From positions 1 through 64,000 of IMG/VR virus record IMGVR_UViG_3300044535_002275: a stretch of DNA of 64,000 nt. One strand, written 5' to 3'. Made by a program: the position numbers and the translations under genes. Positions 10,150 through 17,955 of the stretch are shown one piece after another; within the stretch, counting starts at the first letter, position 1; every line of letters starts with the position of its first letter. The stretch is from a virus. The notes beneath the pieces were generated by a model. It had not been told where the DNA came from. It searched no databases and saw only the letters and a list, made by a program, of their open reading frames with translations.

Positions 10150-10154
10150 ACATC

Positions 10155-10652
10155 ATGGACATCAATCAAGTCAAAGCAGATATAACACAGTGGGCAATGG
10201 ATTTTGTAGAAAAGTCCAATCCTTTGTTAAACGGCTGGGCACCGTGTCCTTATGCTAGAAAAGCCAGAATTGACAACAAGTTTGATATACGTGTTGGACA
10301 AATAAATCCCATATCTGATGGTGCATTTCAGCAGATGGAGCACTACGATGTAATTGCTTACGTCTACGACAGAGCTCGGTTTTCAGCAGAAGAATTTAAC
10401 GAAATGGTAGATAATCTAAATGCTTGGCATTTAAAAAATAAAGATATGTTTGCCTTAGCGGATCATCCTGCAGATATAGAAACAGTCAATGGTGTTACAA
10501 TGAATCAAGGAACTTATGCTATTTGCTTTTTACAAAGTTTAGGAAAGCTTAATTCTCATGCTCGTTTACTAGCAGAAAAAGGATTTTACAACGGATGGCC
10601 AGAGGATTATCTACAGGTACTGTTTGCTGGCCGCGAGGACCCTAGACTGTGA
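10155..10652 (+). CDS. Hypothetical protein, DUF1415-like (CPYA motif)
   Basis: W...FVE......CPYARKA and a DHP motif. Confidence 0.5.
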   Translation: MDINQVKADITQWAMDFVEKSNPLLNGWAPCPYARKARIDNKFDIRVGQINPISDGAFQQMEHYDVIAYVYDRARFSAEEFNEMVDNLNAWHLKNKDMFALADHPADIETVNGVTMNQGTYAICFLQSLGKLNSHARLLAEKGFYNGWPEDYLQVLFAGREDPRL

Positions 10653-11092
10653 CTTATCAATTTGCCAGAGTAGATCTTTCAAAAAACAGTTATCAGCCTG
10701 CAGTACAATGGGCTTATCTAGATACCAATGATCCTGCTATACAGGAAAGACTGTTGGAAATTTATAGAACTTACTGCATATACAAACACTTTGGATCTGT
10801 TATGCCAATGTTTGTCAGCAGATTTTTAGATCCCATGGCCGATGTCATTGGTTACTACGATCAGGATCGATTAGTGGCTTGGAGCTTGATACGTCGATTT
10901 GATGAACACAATGCCTTATGCGATCAATTTGCATGGACTTATCATAATCCTAGACAGCGTCTAGGAATTGAAACGCTAAAGACCGAGTGTGCTGTTTACA
11001 GAGAAAGAGGTTTTCGTTATCTTTACTTAGAACAAGCACATTTATACAAACAAGAAATTGAAGGATTTGAAATTTTAGGACCTATGGAATAA
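10649..11092 (+). CDS. GNAT-fold protein resembling the C-terminal domain of arginyl/leucyl-tRNA-protein transferases (ATE1/Bpt)
   Basis: YY.QDRLVAWS...FAW.Y..P..RLG...L..E....R.RG..YLYL.....YK matches the remembered ATE_C pattern; GTGA overlap with the upstream gene. Confidence 0.55.
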   Translation: MTYQFARVDLSKNSYQPAVQWAYLDTNDPAIQERLLEIYRTYCIYKHFGSVMPMFVSRFLDPMADVIGYYDQDRLVAWSLIRRFDEHNALCDQFAWTYHNPRQRLGIETLKTECAVYRERGFRYLYLEQAHLYKQEIEGFEILGPME

Positions 11093-11094
11093 TT

Positions 11095-11427
11095 ATGGAC
11101 ATCTACACAATCTGGGCAAACAAAGAAGGTGACATATCAGATCTAGAATGGGTCACAGGCATGCGAGCATTCTTTGATCATCTGGTTTCAGAAGGACGTA
11201 TGGAAAGCTATAGAATCACTAGATGTAAGATGGGATTTCGCAGCATTGCCGACATGCCCGAATGGATGATACTCATGGAGTTCCGGGACATGGCACAGAT
11301 GGATAGTGCATTTAAACGTGTTGCTCCATTAGAAGGCGAACTAGAAAACAAGCACAAGAGTTTCAATCAGTTTGTTGCTGGTGACATACAACACGCTCTG
11401 TTTAGGGATTGGCCCGATCAACTCTAG
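11095..11427 (+). CDS. Hypothetical protein, DUF6614-like dimeric alpha-beta barrel
   Basis: HL..EGR..SYRITR.KMGF......EW.I.MEF.DMAQ.D.AF...ALFRDWPD. Confidence 0.5.
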   Translation: MDIYTIWANKEGDISDLEWVTGMRAFFDHLVSEGRMESYRITRCKMGFRSIADMPEWMILMEFRDMAQMDSAFKRVAPLEGELENKHKSFNQFVAGDIQHALFRDWPDQL

Positions 11428-12170
11428 GTGAATTGGGGATATCCCTTAAATTCAGAAGCCACATAGTCTGGATCGTATACTGGCAGTAGACTAAACAAAA
11501 ATGTTTCTGCCGGCACAACCTCTGCAAATAACCCACCTTTGGTAGTAAGAGCCACCACTGTTTCAACATTAAAATAATTATACGCAGTGTCGATTGTTTC
11601 TTCCCAGGCCCAAAAACTGCCAATGTTGTGTCCGTCTGGCGACAGTTGATAATTGGCATCAACGCAACCACTGAAACAAAACCAATCTCTACTCCACTGC
11701 AAGGGATGTGCTTGCACCAGAAGTCTCCACCCCTTTGGCATTTTTGCACGCCAAGGAAAACCCATTATCTTAAAGGACCATTCGTAATTTCCTGCACCAT
11801 CGTTGGCTGCCCAACAGGTACCGTGCAGCATTTCTGGATGAAGATATGCTTCAGCCCAGCCCTTGGGTTTAGTGTCCATATGGCGCCAGTTGTCTAATGA
11901 ATGTTTAATTGGCATAGTATAACCTAACTTCCTTACACCTTTAATGCCCTCACAGAATTTAACACTGCGCCAGCCGTGAGCACTCAACATGTTGACATCA
12001 TCTGACGTTTGCGTAGGCAATTGAGCATGTCTTAGATTACCAGGTAAATGACGAAACCACTCTGGTCTTGATTCTTGAAGCTGTATTGGAGCAGGACACA
12101 TTGACTCAGGAACACCATCCGGTAGTAGAGCACGTTCCCATGTGAGATATTCGTTAACAATGATTTGCAT
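11424..12170 (-). CDS. Hypothetical phage protein
   Basis: 248 aa with PEWFRHLP...VKFCEGI......GYTMP. TAAGTA motif 8 nt upstream; stop codon overlaps the convergent gene in CTAG. Confidence 0.7.
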   Translation of the reverse strand: MQIIVNEYLTWERALLPDGVPESMCPAPIQLQESRPEWFRHLPGNLRHAQLPTQTSDDVNMLSAHGWRSVKFCEGIKGVRKLGYTMPIKHSLDNWRHMDTKPKGWAEAYLHPEMLHGTCWAANDGAGNYEWSFKIMGFPWRAKMPKGWRLLVQAHPLQWSRDWFCFSGCVDANYQLSPDGHNIGSFWAWEETIDTAYNYFNVETVVALTTKGGLFAEVVPAETFLFSLLPVYDPDYVASEFKGYPQFT

Positions 12171-12189
12171 AGTGTTTTTACTTATAGAT

Positions 12190-12681
12190 TATTGTACTGT
12201 ATGAGTAAGAACTTCTGCGAAGTTCTGTTGATTTCGCTACCGCTCATCAACATTTTTTTAAAGCATTTAAGATATCTCATCTAGACTCAACGGCCACACT
12301 TAACCCACACAGGGTTAAGAAATGGTGACCTCATCTGAGCTCTTACTACCACACTAGCGTTAGAACTACAAGATATCAACATGATATCTAACACAGGCGG
12401 TTGTCCGGTACCTGCTCGTTCCGTCTTAATATACAACGGTAGTCTGCAACACACACGCTGTCGTATGTGCAAACCTGAGGTTTTTCTCCTCTCTTTTTGC
12501 CTTTTATATCTTTTTCAAACAATCAAATCGCAGGGCTTACAAAGCGATCTTCATCCTTTCGGGTAGTGATTGAGTGCTTCGTGCAGCGCGAAGACTTCCG
12601 TCCCTGTGACTCTCGTCCAGGTTTAGGGCACCCGATGTAGACTGGTGCTGGTCAATAAACTGCTGTAGCGTTGCCTGAGTA
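12190..12681 (-). ncRNA. Candidate large structured non-coding RNA (~490 nt), family unknown
   Basis: The only long non-coding gap in the window. Minus-strand stems include CCUG-GAC[GAGA]GUC-A-CAGG, CC[GAAA]GG inside an AAUCA/UGAUU + AUCGC/GCGAU junction, CACAUACG[ACAG]CGUGUGUG, GCAGG-UAC-CGG[ACAA]CCG-CCUGU, AGAUAUCA/UGAUAUCU and GGUCAC..CUUAACCC/GGGUUAAG..GUGGCC. GNRA loops and G-U pairs favour the minus strand. Confidence 0.6.
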
Positions 12682-13110
12682 TTACAGTTTGTTTTTTATA
12701 TGTGATCCATGTACACGTACCTGAATATGACCGTTGTAGTAGTCATCTGATTCCAGTACTCGCCGCGCAAATTGTTCGCGGGCTTCTATGTACGAGCATT
12801 CGGATCTTGATCGACAGTAGTATAATATTTCGCGATGGAAATTGCCTGTGCCTTGCTGATTGATGTCTTCTGTGAGATTAGGAGATGATCCCCAGTATTG
12901 TTGCCAGTCTGAATCTATTTTAGTTTTAATTTTTTTACGTTTTTTGTTGCCGTTCTTTAATTTTACTACACGATAGGTGGTCTTTGCAAACTTTGCGAGC
13001 TTCTTGCCCACATACATTTTGCCATTGGCATTATTAGTAATCAGGTAAACAAACCCCACACAATCGTCGGGTAATTCATTTACAGCAGTTCCTTGATAAT
13101 ACCATGTCAT
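12682..13110 (-). CDS. Stand-alone GIY-YIG endonuclease (EndoII/Seg-like catalytic domain)
   Basis: GFVYLITN...KMYVGKK, YWGSS, conserved E and YN; Lys-rich insert; no C-terminal DNA-binding domain. Confidence 0.85.
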   Translation of the reverse strand: MTWYYQGTAVNELPDDCVGFVYLITNNANGKMYVGKKLAKFAKTTYRVVKLKNGNKKRKKIKTKIDSDWQQYWGSSPNLTEDINQQGTGNFHREILYYCRSRSECSYIEAREQFARRVLESDDYYNGHIQVRVHGSHIKNKL

Positions 13111-13177
13111 GGTACATACTTATCTGTTGCCTTATAATGAAATACATTTTTATAGATTCTTTCTTTTAAGTAAAAAA

Positions 13178-14056
13178 TCAATTTGTAAATTGTATATTTC
13201 TTTGCCATTGATTGGTAAAATTTGATTGATTGTTAACAGTGCTGCAAGTTTGTTTGCATACAGGGTTACATTTATCAGTATTCCAGTTGGCTTGTATTTG
13301 ATCAAAATTGTCGATTGTTTCTTTTCCAGTGCCAAGCCAACAGCAAGGATGTAGTACTCCTTGGGCACTGAGATATAAACTTTGGTCGTTGTTTCTGAAA
13401 CAATTGATTGGGCCCAAATCGGCTGCTGGTCGCGTCCAGCTCTTTGGCGGCAATAGCCAATCAACGGTAGACTGGCGCTTGCTGACTTTTGCACGAAACC
13501 AAGTAAAACCCATTTTGCGAGCCAGGCGCTCGCAGTCGTTGACCTGATGTTCGTTGTGTTTGTAAACCAACATATCCCAATGTGCTGACCCGCCGGCTTG
13601 AATAAATGCCTCTGCATTTTTCATAACCAGATCCCAGTTGACATTACGACGGTAGATATGATTGGTATCTTCTAGCCCGTCAATGCTGAACACTACATAG
13701 TCTTGCGGTTGGTTTAAAATATCTGCTAGATCTTTCCACCAACGAGTATTTTGTAAGCCACCATTGGTGTTCATCCCCAGCACAATATCGGGATTAATAC
13801 TTCTAAAATATGAAAAGATGTCAACTGATTGTCGATTAGCAGCTGGATCGCCGTAGTTACCGCACATGAACATTTTGTCTAACTGAGATATTGTCAATTC
13901 GCCAAGCAACTGCCTGATAGACTCTTCTGTTAGATAATGATGTTTATCTTTGTCAAAATTGATATCAGTTTCTCTTGCGCACAACGGGCATGCCGCCTGA
14001 CATACATCAGTAGGCTCTAAATGCAAAACTCGTACAGTATCAAGCAATGTCAACAT
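13178..14056 (-). CDS. Radical SAM enzyme with C-terminal Cys cluster (twitch-like)
   Basis: CQAACPLC, MCGNYGDP, TNG, FSIDG, and C-terminal C...PCCW...C...C...C. Likely start is ATG 14056, overlapping the end of gp46. Confidence 0.85.
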   Translation of the reverse strand: MLTLLDTVRVLHLEPTDVCQAACPLCARETDINFDKDKHHYLTEESIRQLLGELTISQLDKMFMCGNYGDPAANRQSVDIFSYFRSINPDIVLGMNTNGGLQNTRWWKDLADILNQPQDYVVFSIDGLEDTNHIYRRNVNWDLVMKNAEAFIQAGGSAHWDMLVYKHNEHQVNDCERLARKMGFTWFRAKVSKRQSTVDWLLPPKSWTRPAADLGPINCFRNNDQSLYLSAQGVLHPCCWLGTGKETIDNFDQIQANWNTDKCNPVCKQTCSTVNNQSNFTNQWQRNIQFTN

Positions 14057-15803
14057 CGGTATTATAACTGGTAAATCCGTTCTCTTTGACAACACGTAGA
14101 ATATTTTCTACACGTCCGGCCAGCTCGTCTCTGTGACTGACCAACCAGATGCTTTTGTGTCGTTCTCGGCTCATTTGTTTCAGCAAGGCCAAGCTGTTTT
14201 CAACACCTTGTGTGTCTAGTCCGTTGTCAATCATTTCATCAATGAACAACAAGTTGATGGGCTGGTATAGGCTTTCAAACACATCTCTGAATGCCCAACT
14301 CATGCTCAAGATTAATCGATTACGCTCGCCACGGCTCAAATTGTCAAAATCCAATTCTCTGCCCAGTTCTTCGATGCTGACAGTGAGATCGTTTTGAAAC
14401 ACCACTGTATGCGGCAATCCAATGCGATCCAGGTAATGTGTGAGTCTTGAATTGAGATAGCTGAGATTTTGTTCGATAATCTTTTTGCGAATAAAACTGT
14501 CTTTGCTGGTCAACAACTTGAGCAAGAACTCTTGATGCTCTTGTAGTCTTGTCAAATCGTTCATGTGGTCGTAGCTGACTTCCTGTAAGGCCTGTTGCTG
14601 CATATCTTCGATCTGTTCAGCATAAGGATCTGAATCCTGACTTCTGGTAGCTAGTTCTTTTCTCAAGCTTTCCAAGCTGTTGCGATGGTCGAGTGCATCT
14701 TCTAATGTATCGTAAAAAACACTTGGCGCTGTACCTAGGTCACCAAGGTCATCTAACTCGTTTTCGTGTTCCATGTGTTGTGTGTTGTTGGCCAGCAATT
14801 GCAGCGCAGTTTCTTGCAACGAAGCCTGCTTGCTGCTGCGAATTTCGTCTTGTTTGTGGTCATGTATGCCTTGTCCACACGCATAGCATTGATGCGCATC
14901 TAATGCAGCAATCTCTGCTTTGAGTTTGACAACCAACTTTTCCAATTTGGCATCATCACTTTCAATACTTCTGATCCAGCGGGTATGTTCGTCGATGGAT
15001 TTTTTCTTGGCGTGAAATTGTTCCAGTTCGCGGTGCGCAGCAACTTCGGCATCAATGTCAATGTGTTCTAGACTAGAGATACCCAAGTTGAGTTTTTCAA
15101 CATCTTCGTTGCGTTTGGCAGTCCACATGCGCTGGCGCTTGTACAAGCTTTCGATCTGTTCTTCAATTCGCTTGTTGGCTTCTTGCACAGCACGTATACG
15201 AAATTCTTCTTGTTGTATTCCATCCTTGGTAGTCTTGTTCAGTTCTTTGATACGATCAGCACGTTCGCTTAACAAGGTAATGCCCAGCAGTTGCTCGATT
15301 AGAGTACGTTGTTCGTTGGCTTTCAAACTGAGAAACGGTTCAGTGTAAGTGTTGAGAGCCAAGATATGCTTGAACATGTCGTGACTGAGACCCAGGGTAT
15401 GTTCAATGGCATTTTGTGTTTCTCGACTGTCGCCTTGCGAGTCATCGACGATCTCTTGTTCTCTATGATTCACATAGAATTTTAACACATTGGGTTTACG
15501 ACCACGTTCGATTCGATATTCTTGGCCACCCACAGCAAAGTCCAGGCTGACCAGCATGTTTTTGCCGTTGGTCTTGTTAACAAGATTGTCCTTTCTGATA
15601 TTGCTTAGAGCTTGTCCATAAAGAGCATAGCTGAGTGCATTGATGATTGTGGTTTTGCCTGTGCCGTTTCTACTGCCATCACCGCCTAGGTCTAAGTTTT
15701 CTCCTAGAACCAAAGTAAGATCACGACGATCGAAGTCGAGGCCCTGCGTAGCATTGCCCACGCTCATAAAATTTCGTACTGTCAAATTCTTTATATTAAT
15801 CAT
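14040..15803 (-). CDS. gp46: Recombination endonuclease ATPase subunit (Rad50/SbcC-like), T4 gp46
   Basis: NFMSVGN, Walker A NGTGKTT, zinc hook CYACGQ, signature LSRGE, Walker B LLFIDE, SH switch. Confidence 0.95.
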   Translation of the reverse strand: MINIKNLTVRNFMSVGNATQGLDFDRRDLTLVLGENLDLGGDGSRNGTGKTTIINALSYALYGQALSNIRKDNLVNKTNGKNMLVSLDFAVGGQEYRIERGRKPNVLKFYVNHREQEIVDDSQGDSRETQNAIEHTLGLSHDMFKHILALNTYTEPFLSLKANEQRTLIEQLLGITLLSERADRIKELNKTTKDGIQQEEFRIRAVQEANKRIEEQIESLYKRQRMWTAKRNEDVEKLNLGISSLEHIDIDAEVAAHRELEQFHAKKKSIDEHTRWIRSIESDDAKLEKLVVKLKAEIAALDAHQCYACGQGIHDHKQDEIRSSKQASLQETALQLLANNTQHMEHENELDDLGDLGTAPSVFYDTLEDALDHRNSLESLRKELATRSQDSDPYAEQIEDMQQQALQEVSYDHMNDLTRLQEHQEFLLKLLTSKDSFIRKKIIEQNLSYLNSRLTHYLDRIGLPHTVVFQNDLTVSIEELGRELDFDNLSRGERNRLILSMSWAFRDVFESLYQPINLLFIDEMIDNGLDTQGVENSLALLKQMSRERHKSIWLVSHRDELAGRVENILRVVKENGFTSYNTDVDIA

Positions 15804-16816
15804 AGGTTCTGGTATATTTTCAACAGGAGTTTTGGATCGTAAAACTCGCTTTCGATGGCAGTGATTTGATCCGTTACAATCTGATCCACACTTTCAAACT
15901 TGATCTCGCCCGGGGCCATGTCGGTGTCAACCGCAGCATTTTTGTTGGGTATCAAGGCCATTTCTCTCAGTTGGTAGTCTTTGACGAATGTTTCCTTGAT
16001 AAAATTGGCTTCTTCGTAACTGATCTCAATGTCCAGCTGCACACGAACATGCATGCCAGGCGCTAATAGATTGGCTGCATTATCAATCACCTGACTCAAC
16101 CCGTAAACTCGATACAGAGGTTGTCCCGGCCAAGCATGATACACCGGCTCCGATCCCCAGTCCAGCACCATCATGCCACGTGCGTCATCGCCGGCGTCGG
16201 CAAAGTTGTGCGGAAAGCAGTTGCCGATGTAGTTGATGTTTTTCTTTTGCTGACGCAGATGAAAGTGTCCACTGAATACTGATTCAATGCCGCCGAAACT
16301 GTCTATTTTGACTTCGCCGTGATCGGGCATTTCCACCATGGCATTCATTTTAAAATGCGGTAATTCAAAATGTCCAAACACATACTTGGACGATAACTTC
16401 GGAATGCGCTTGTAATCGTCGCCCACCAACCACGGAGCAATTATGACATCGCCTTCCTGAAACCAGTCGTTGACAATTTCAATATTGGGCAAGTGTCGTG
16501 CCCATTCGGCACCGTGGATGTCGCGCCGGTCTCGGTAGTAGAGATCGTGGTTGCCAGGGATAAAATAGAATCGATCAAATGCAGCCGACAGCTTTTCTAA
16601 AGCTCGCAAGCTGAAGTTTAATGTCTGTAAATTGATACTGGCTCTATGATGATGCCAGTCGCCCAGAAACATGCCAGTTTCGCAACCGTTCGCTCGGGCA
16701 GTGGCAATAAACCAGTCGACGAATTGTTCGCAGTCTTGATTGTGCAGCAGACTGTTGCTCTTGAGACCAAAGTGTATATCGGTGCAAACTGCTGCTTTTT
16801 TAAACAGATTACTCAT
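15800..16816 (-). CDS. gp47: Recombination endonuclease nuclease subunit (Mre11/SbcD-like), T4 gp47
   Basis: Metallophosphoesterase motifs DIHFG, GDWHH, GNHD, GHFE and SGHFH. Confidence 0.95.
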   Translation of the reverse strand: MSNLFKKAAVCTDIHFGLKSNSLLHNQDCEQFVDWFIATARANGCETGMFLGDWHHHRASINLQTLNFSLRALEKLSAAFDRFYFIPGNHDLYYRDRRDIHGAEWARHLPNIEIVNDWFQEGDVIIAPWLVGDDYKRIPKLSSKYVFGHFELPHFKMNAMVEMPDHGEVKIDSFGGIESVFSGHFHLRQQKKNINYIGNCFPHNFADAGDDARGMMVLDWGSEPVYHAWPGQPLYRVYGLSQVIDNAANLLAPGMHVRVQLDIEISYEEANFIKETFVKDYQLREMALIPNKNAAVDTDMAPGEIKFESVDQIVTDQITAIESEFYDPKLLLKIYQNL

Positions 16817-16851
16817 TGTGTCCTTTAATGACAGATATCAGGAATTGTACA

Positions 16852-16881
16852 ATTATAACAATTGTACATTCCGATAGTCAA
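16852..16881 (-). promoter_or_regulatory. Sigma70-type promoter for gp47/gp46, embedded in a long inverted repeat
   Basis: Minus strand reads TTGACT-18 nt-TATAAT with a TG extension; inverted repeat spans about 16829-16880. Confidence 0.6.
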
Positions 16882-16892
16882 TCAGTTAGAGT

Positions 16893-17843
16893 CTATTGTC
16901 GAGCGTCTTCGTCAGCTTGGAAATCAGCTGGATCAAGTACAGTGACAGGTCCTGGTTGTTGATGCGGTTTTCCTGAATTCTGGCGAGTCCACGAAGGATT
17001 AAGTCCGTTCATTTCCAAAATATCGTCGCGAATGTTCTGCATTTTCTTTTCGATATTTAGGATACGAGTAAAGCTATTGGTAATAGCAGCAGTATAGTAA
17101 GCAAAAGGATTTTGGCTCTTGCTTTCGTCAAACTGCAAACCAATCTGACTTAGCTGCAGTAGAGCTTGTCCACGCATTTCTTCGTTGTAGGTGTAGCCAC
17201 GCCAGTTGCTTCTGGTAGCATAACGTTCGCACAGCTTCAAAAACATTCTAGCCAATTCAGCTGTCATGTCACCGTGATCTCTAGAATATTCGCCTGTTTC
17301 TAAGTCTCCTTTCCAGTGGCTCTTGCCCACAAGAAACGACTCCTTGTCTTCGGTTATGCGATAGTGATAAAAAGGAGGAAAGTTTACACGCACATGCGTG
17401 GGATCCAACACAATTTCATCCACAATTCCGGCCAAGGGATCTTCTACCGGATCTTCTAACTCCAGCATGTCTTTGAGTTGTTTCTTTTTACCCACCGGTT
17501 TGGGTTCTTTTTTGGGTGCCCACGGTATGTGATCCCAGCAAGTGATTCTAAACACCAGATCTGTGTTAGGTATCTTTTTGTCGTTGACAATTTCGCCTGT
17601 TTCTCTCTTGATGCGATCGGCACGATTGCGCCTGGCTTCGGCAATGGTACGTTGATTGATTTTATCCAAAGACGGTAAAATAATATCGTATTGGTGATCC
17701 AGTTTTGGATCGCGAAAAGAGCAATAAGTATTTTTGCTTAGATGAATTTGCTTTAGTAAATCTCGATTGTTGAGATAATTAACTCGTCCAGGCGCTTTTA
17801 CGGGCACTGCCTTGGGGGTTGGCGGAATTGTTGTAGACAACAT
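16893..17843 (-). CDS. gp55: Late-transcription sigma factor, T4 gp55-like
   Basis: NYLNNRDLL, NWRGYTYNEEM and FDESKSQNPFAYYT...NSF.RIL..EKK; located next to gp47/gp46 as in T4. Confidence 0.92.
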   Translation of the reverse strand: MLSTTIPPTPKAVPVKAPGRVNYLNNRDLLKQIHLSKNTYCSFRDPKLDHQYDIILPSLDKINQRTIAEARRNRADRIKRETGEIVNDKKIPNTDLVFRITCWDHIPWAPKKEPKPVGKKKQLKDMLELEDPVEDPLAGIVDEIVLDPTHVRVNFPPFYHYRITEDKESFLVGKSHWKGDLETGEYSRDHGDMTAELARMFLKLCERYATRSNWRGYTYNEEMRGQALLQLSQIGLQFDESKSQNPFAYYTAAITNSFTRILNIEKKMQNIRDDILEMNGLNPSWTRQNSGKPHQQPGPVTVLDPADFQADEDARQ

Positions 17844-17859
17844 CTGTCTCCTGATAGAT

Positions 17860-17894
17860 TACTTATTATAGCACGTTGTTGTCAAAAAACAACG
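17860..17894 (-). promoter_or_regulatory. Extended -10 promoter (TGcTATAAT) overlapping a late-type TAAGTA, with an upstream inverted repeat
   Basis: Minus strand ...gTGcTATAATAAGTAatctatcAGGAGacagATG; inverted repeat CGTTGTT-7-AACAACG at 17874-17894. Confidence 0.5.
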
Positions 17895-17955
17895 AATATT
17901 TTTATAAACTTAGCCGTTTTTTCCTTCGATAAATAATGCATAGGATACTGACACT

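Noticed and set aside
12287-12566. Two 61-aa ORFs within the structured intergenic region
   Set aside because: No convincing RBS or protein features; the dense base-pairing is better explained as non-coding structure.
12190-12681. Group I/II intron, hammerhead, RNase P or tmRNA identity for the structured region
   Set aside because: It interrupts no gene. There are no ordered group I core elements and no canonical domain V. CAGAUGA lacks the hammerhead CUGANGA/GAAA arrangement, and there is no RNase P signature or tRNA-like end. A covariance search is still needed.
13150-13617. 155-aa alternative-frame ORF inside the radical SAM gene
   Set aside because: Same-strand overlap with a motif-supported gene and no recognisable features.
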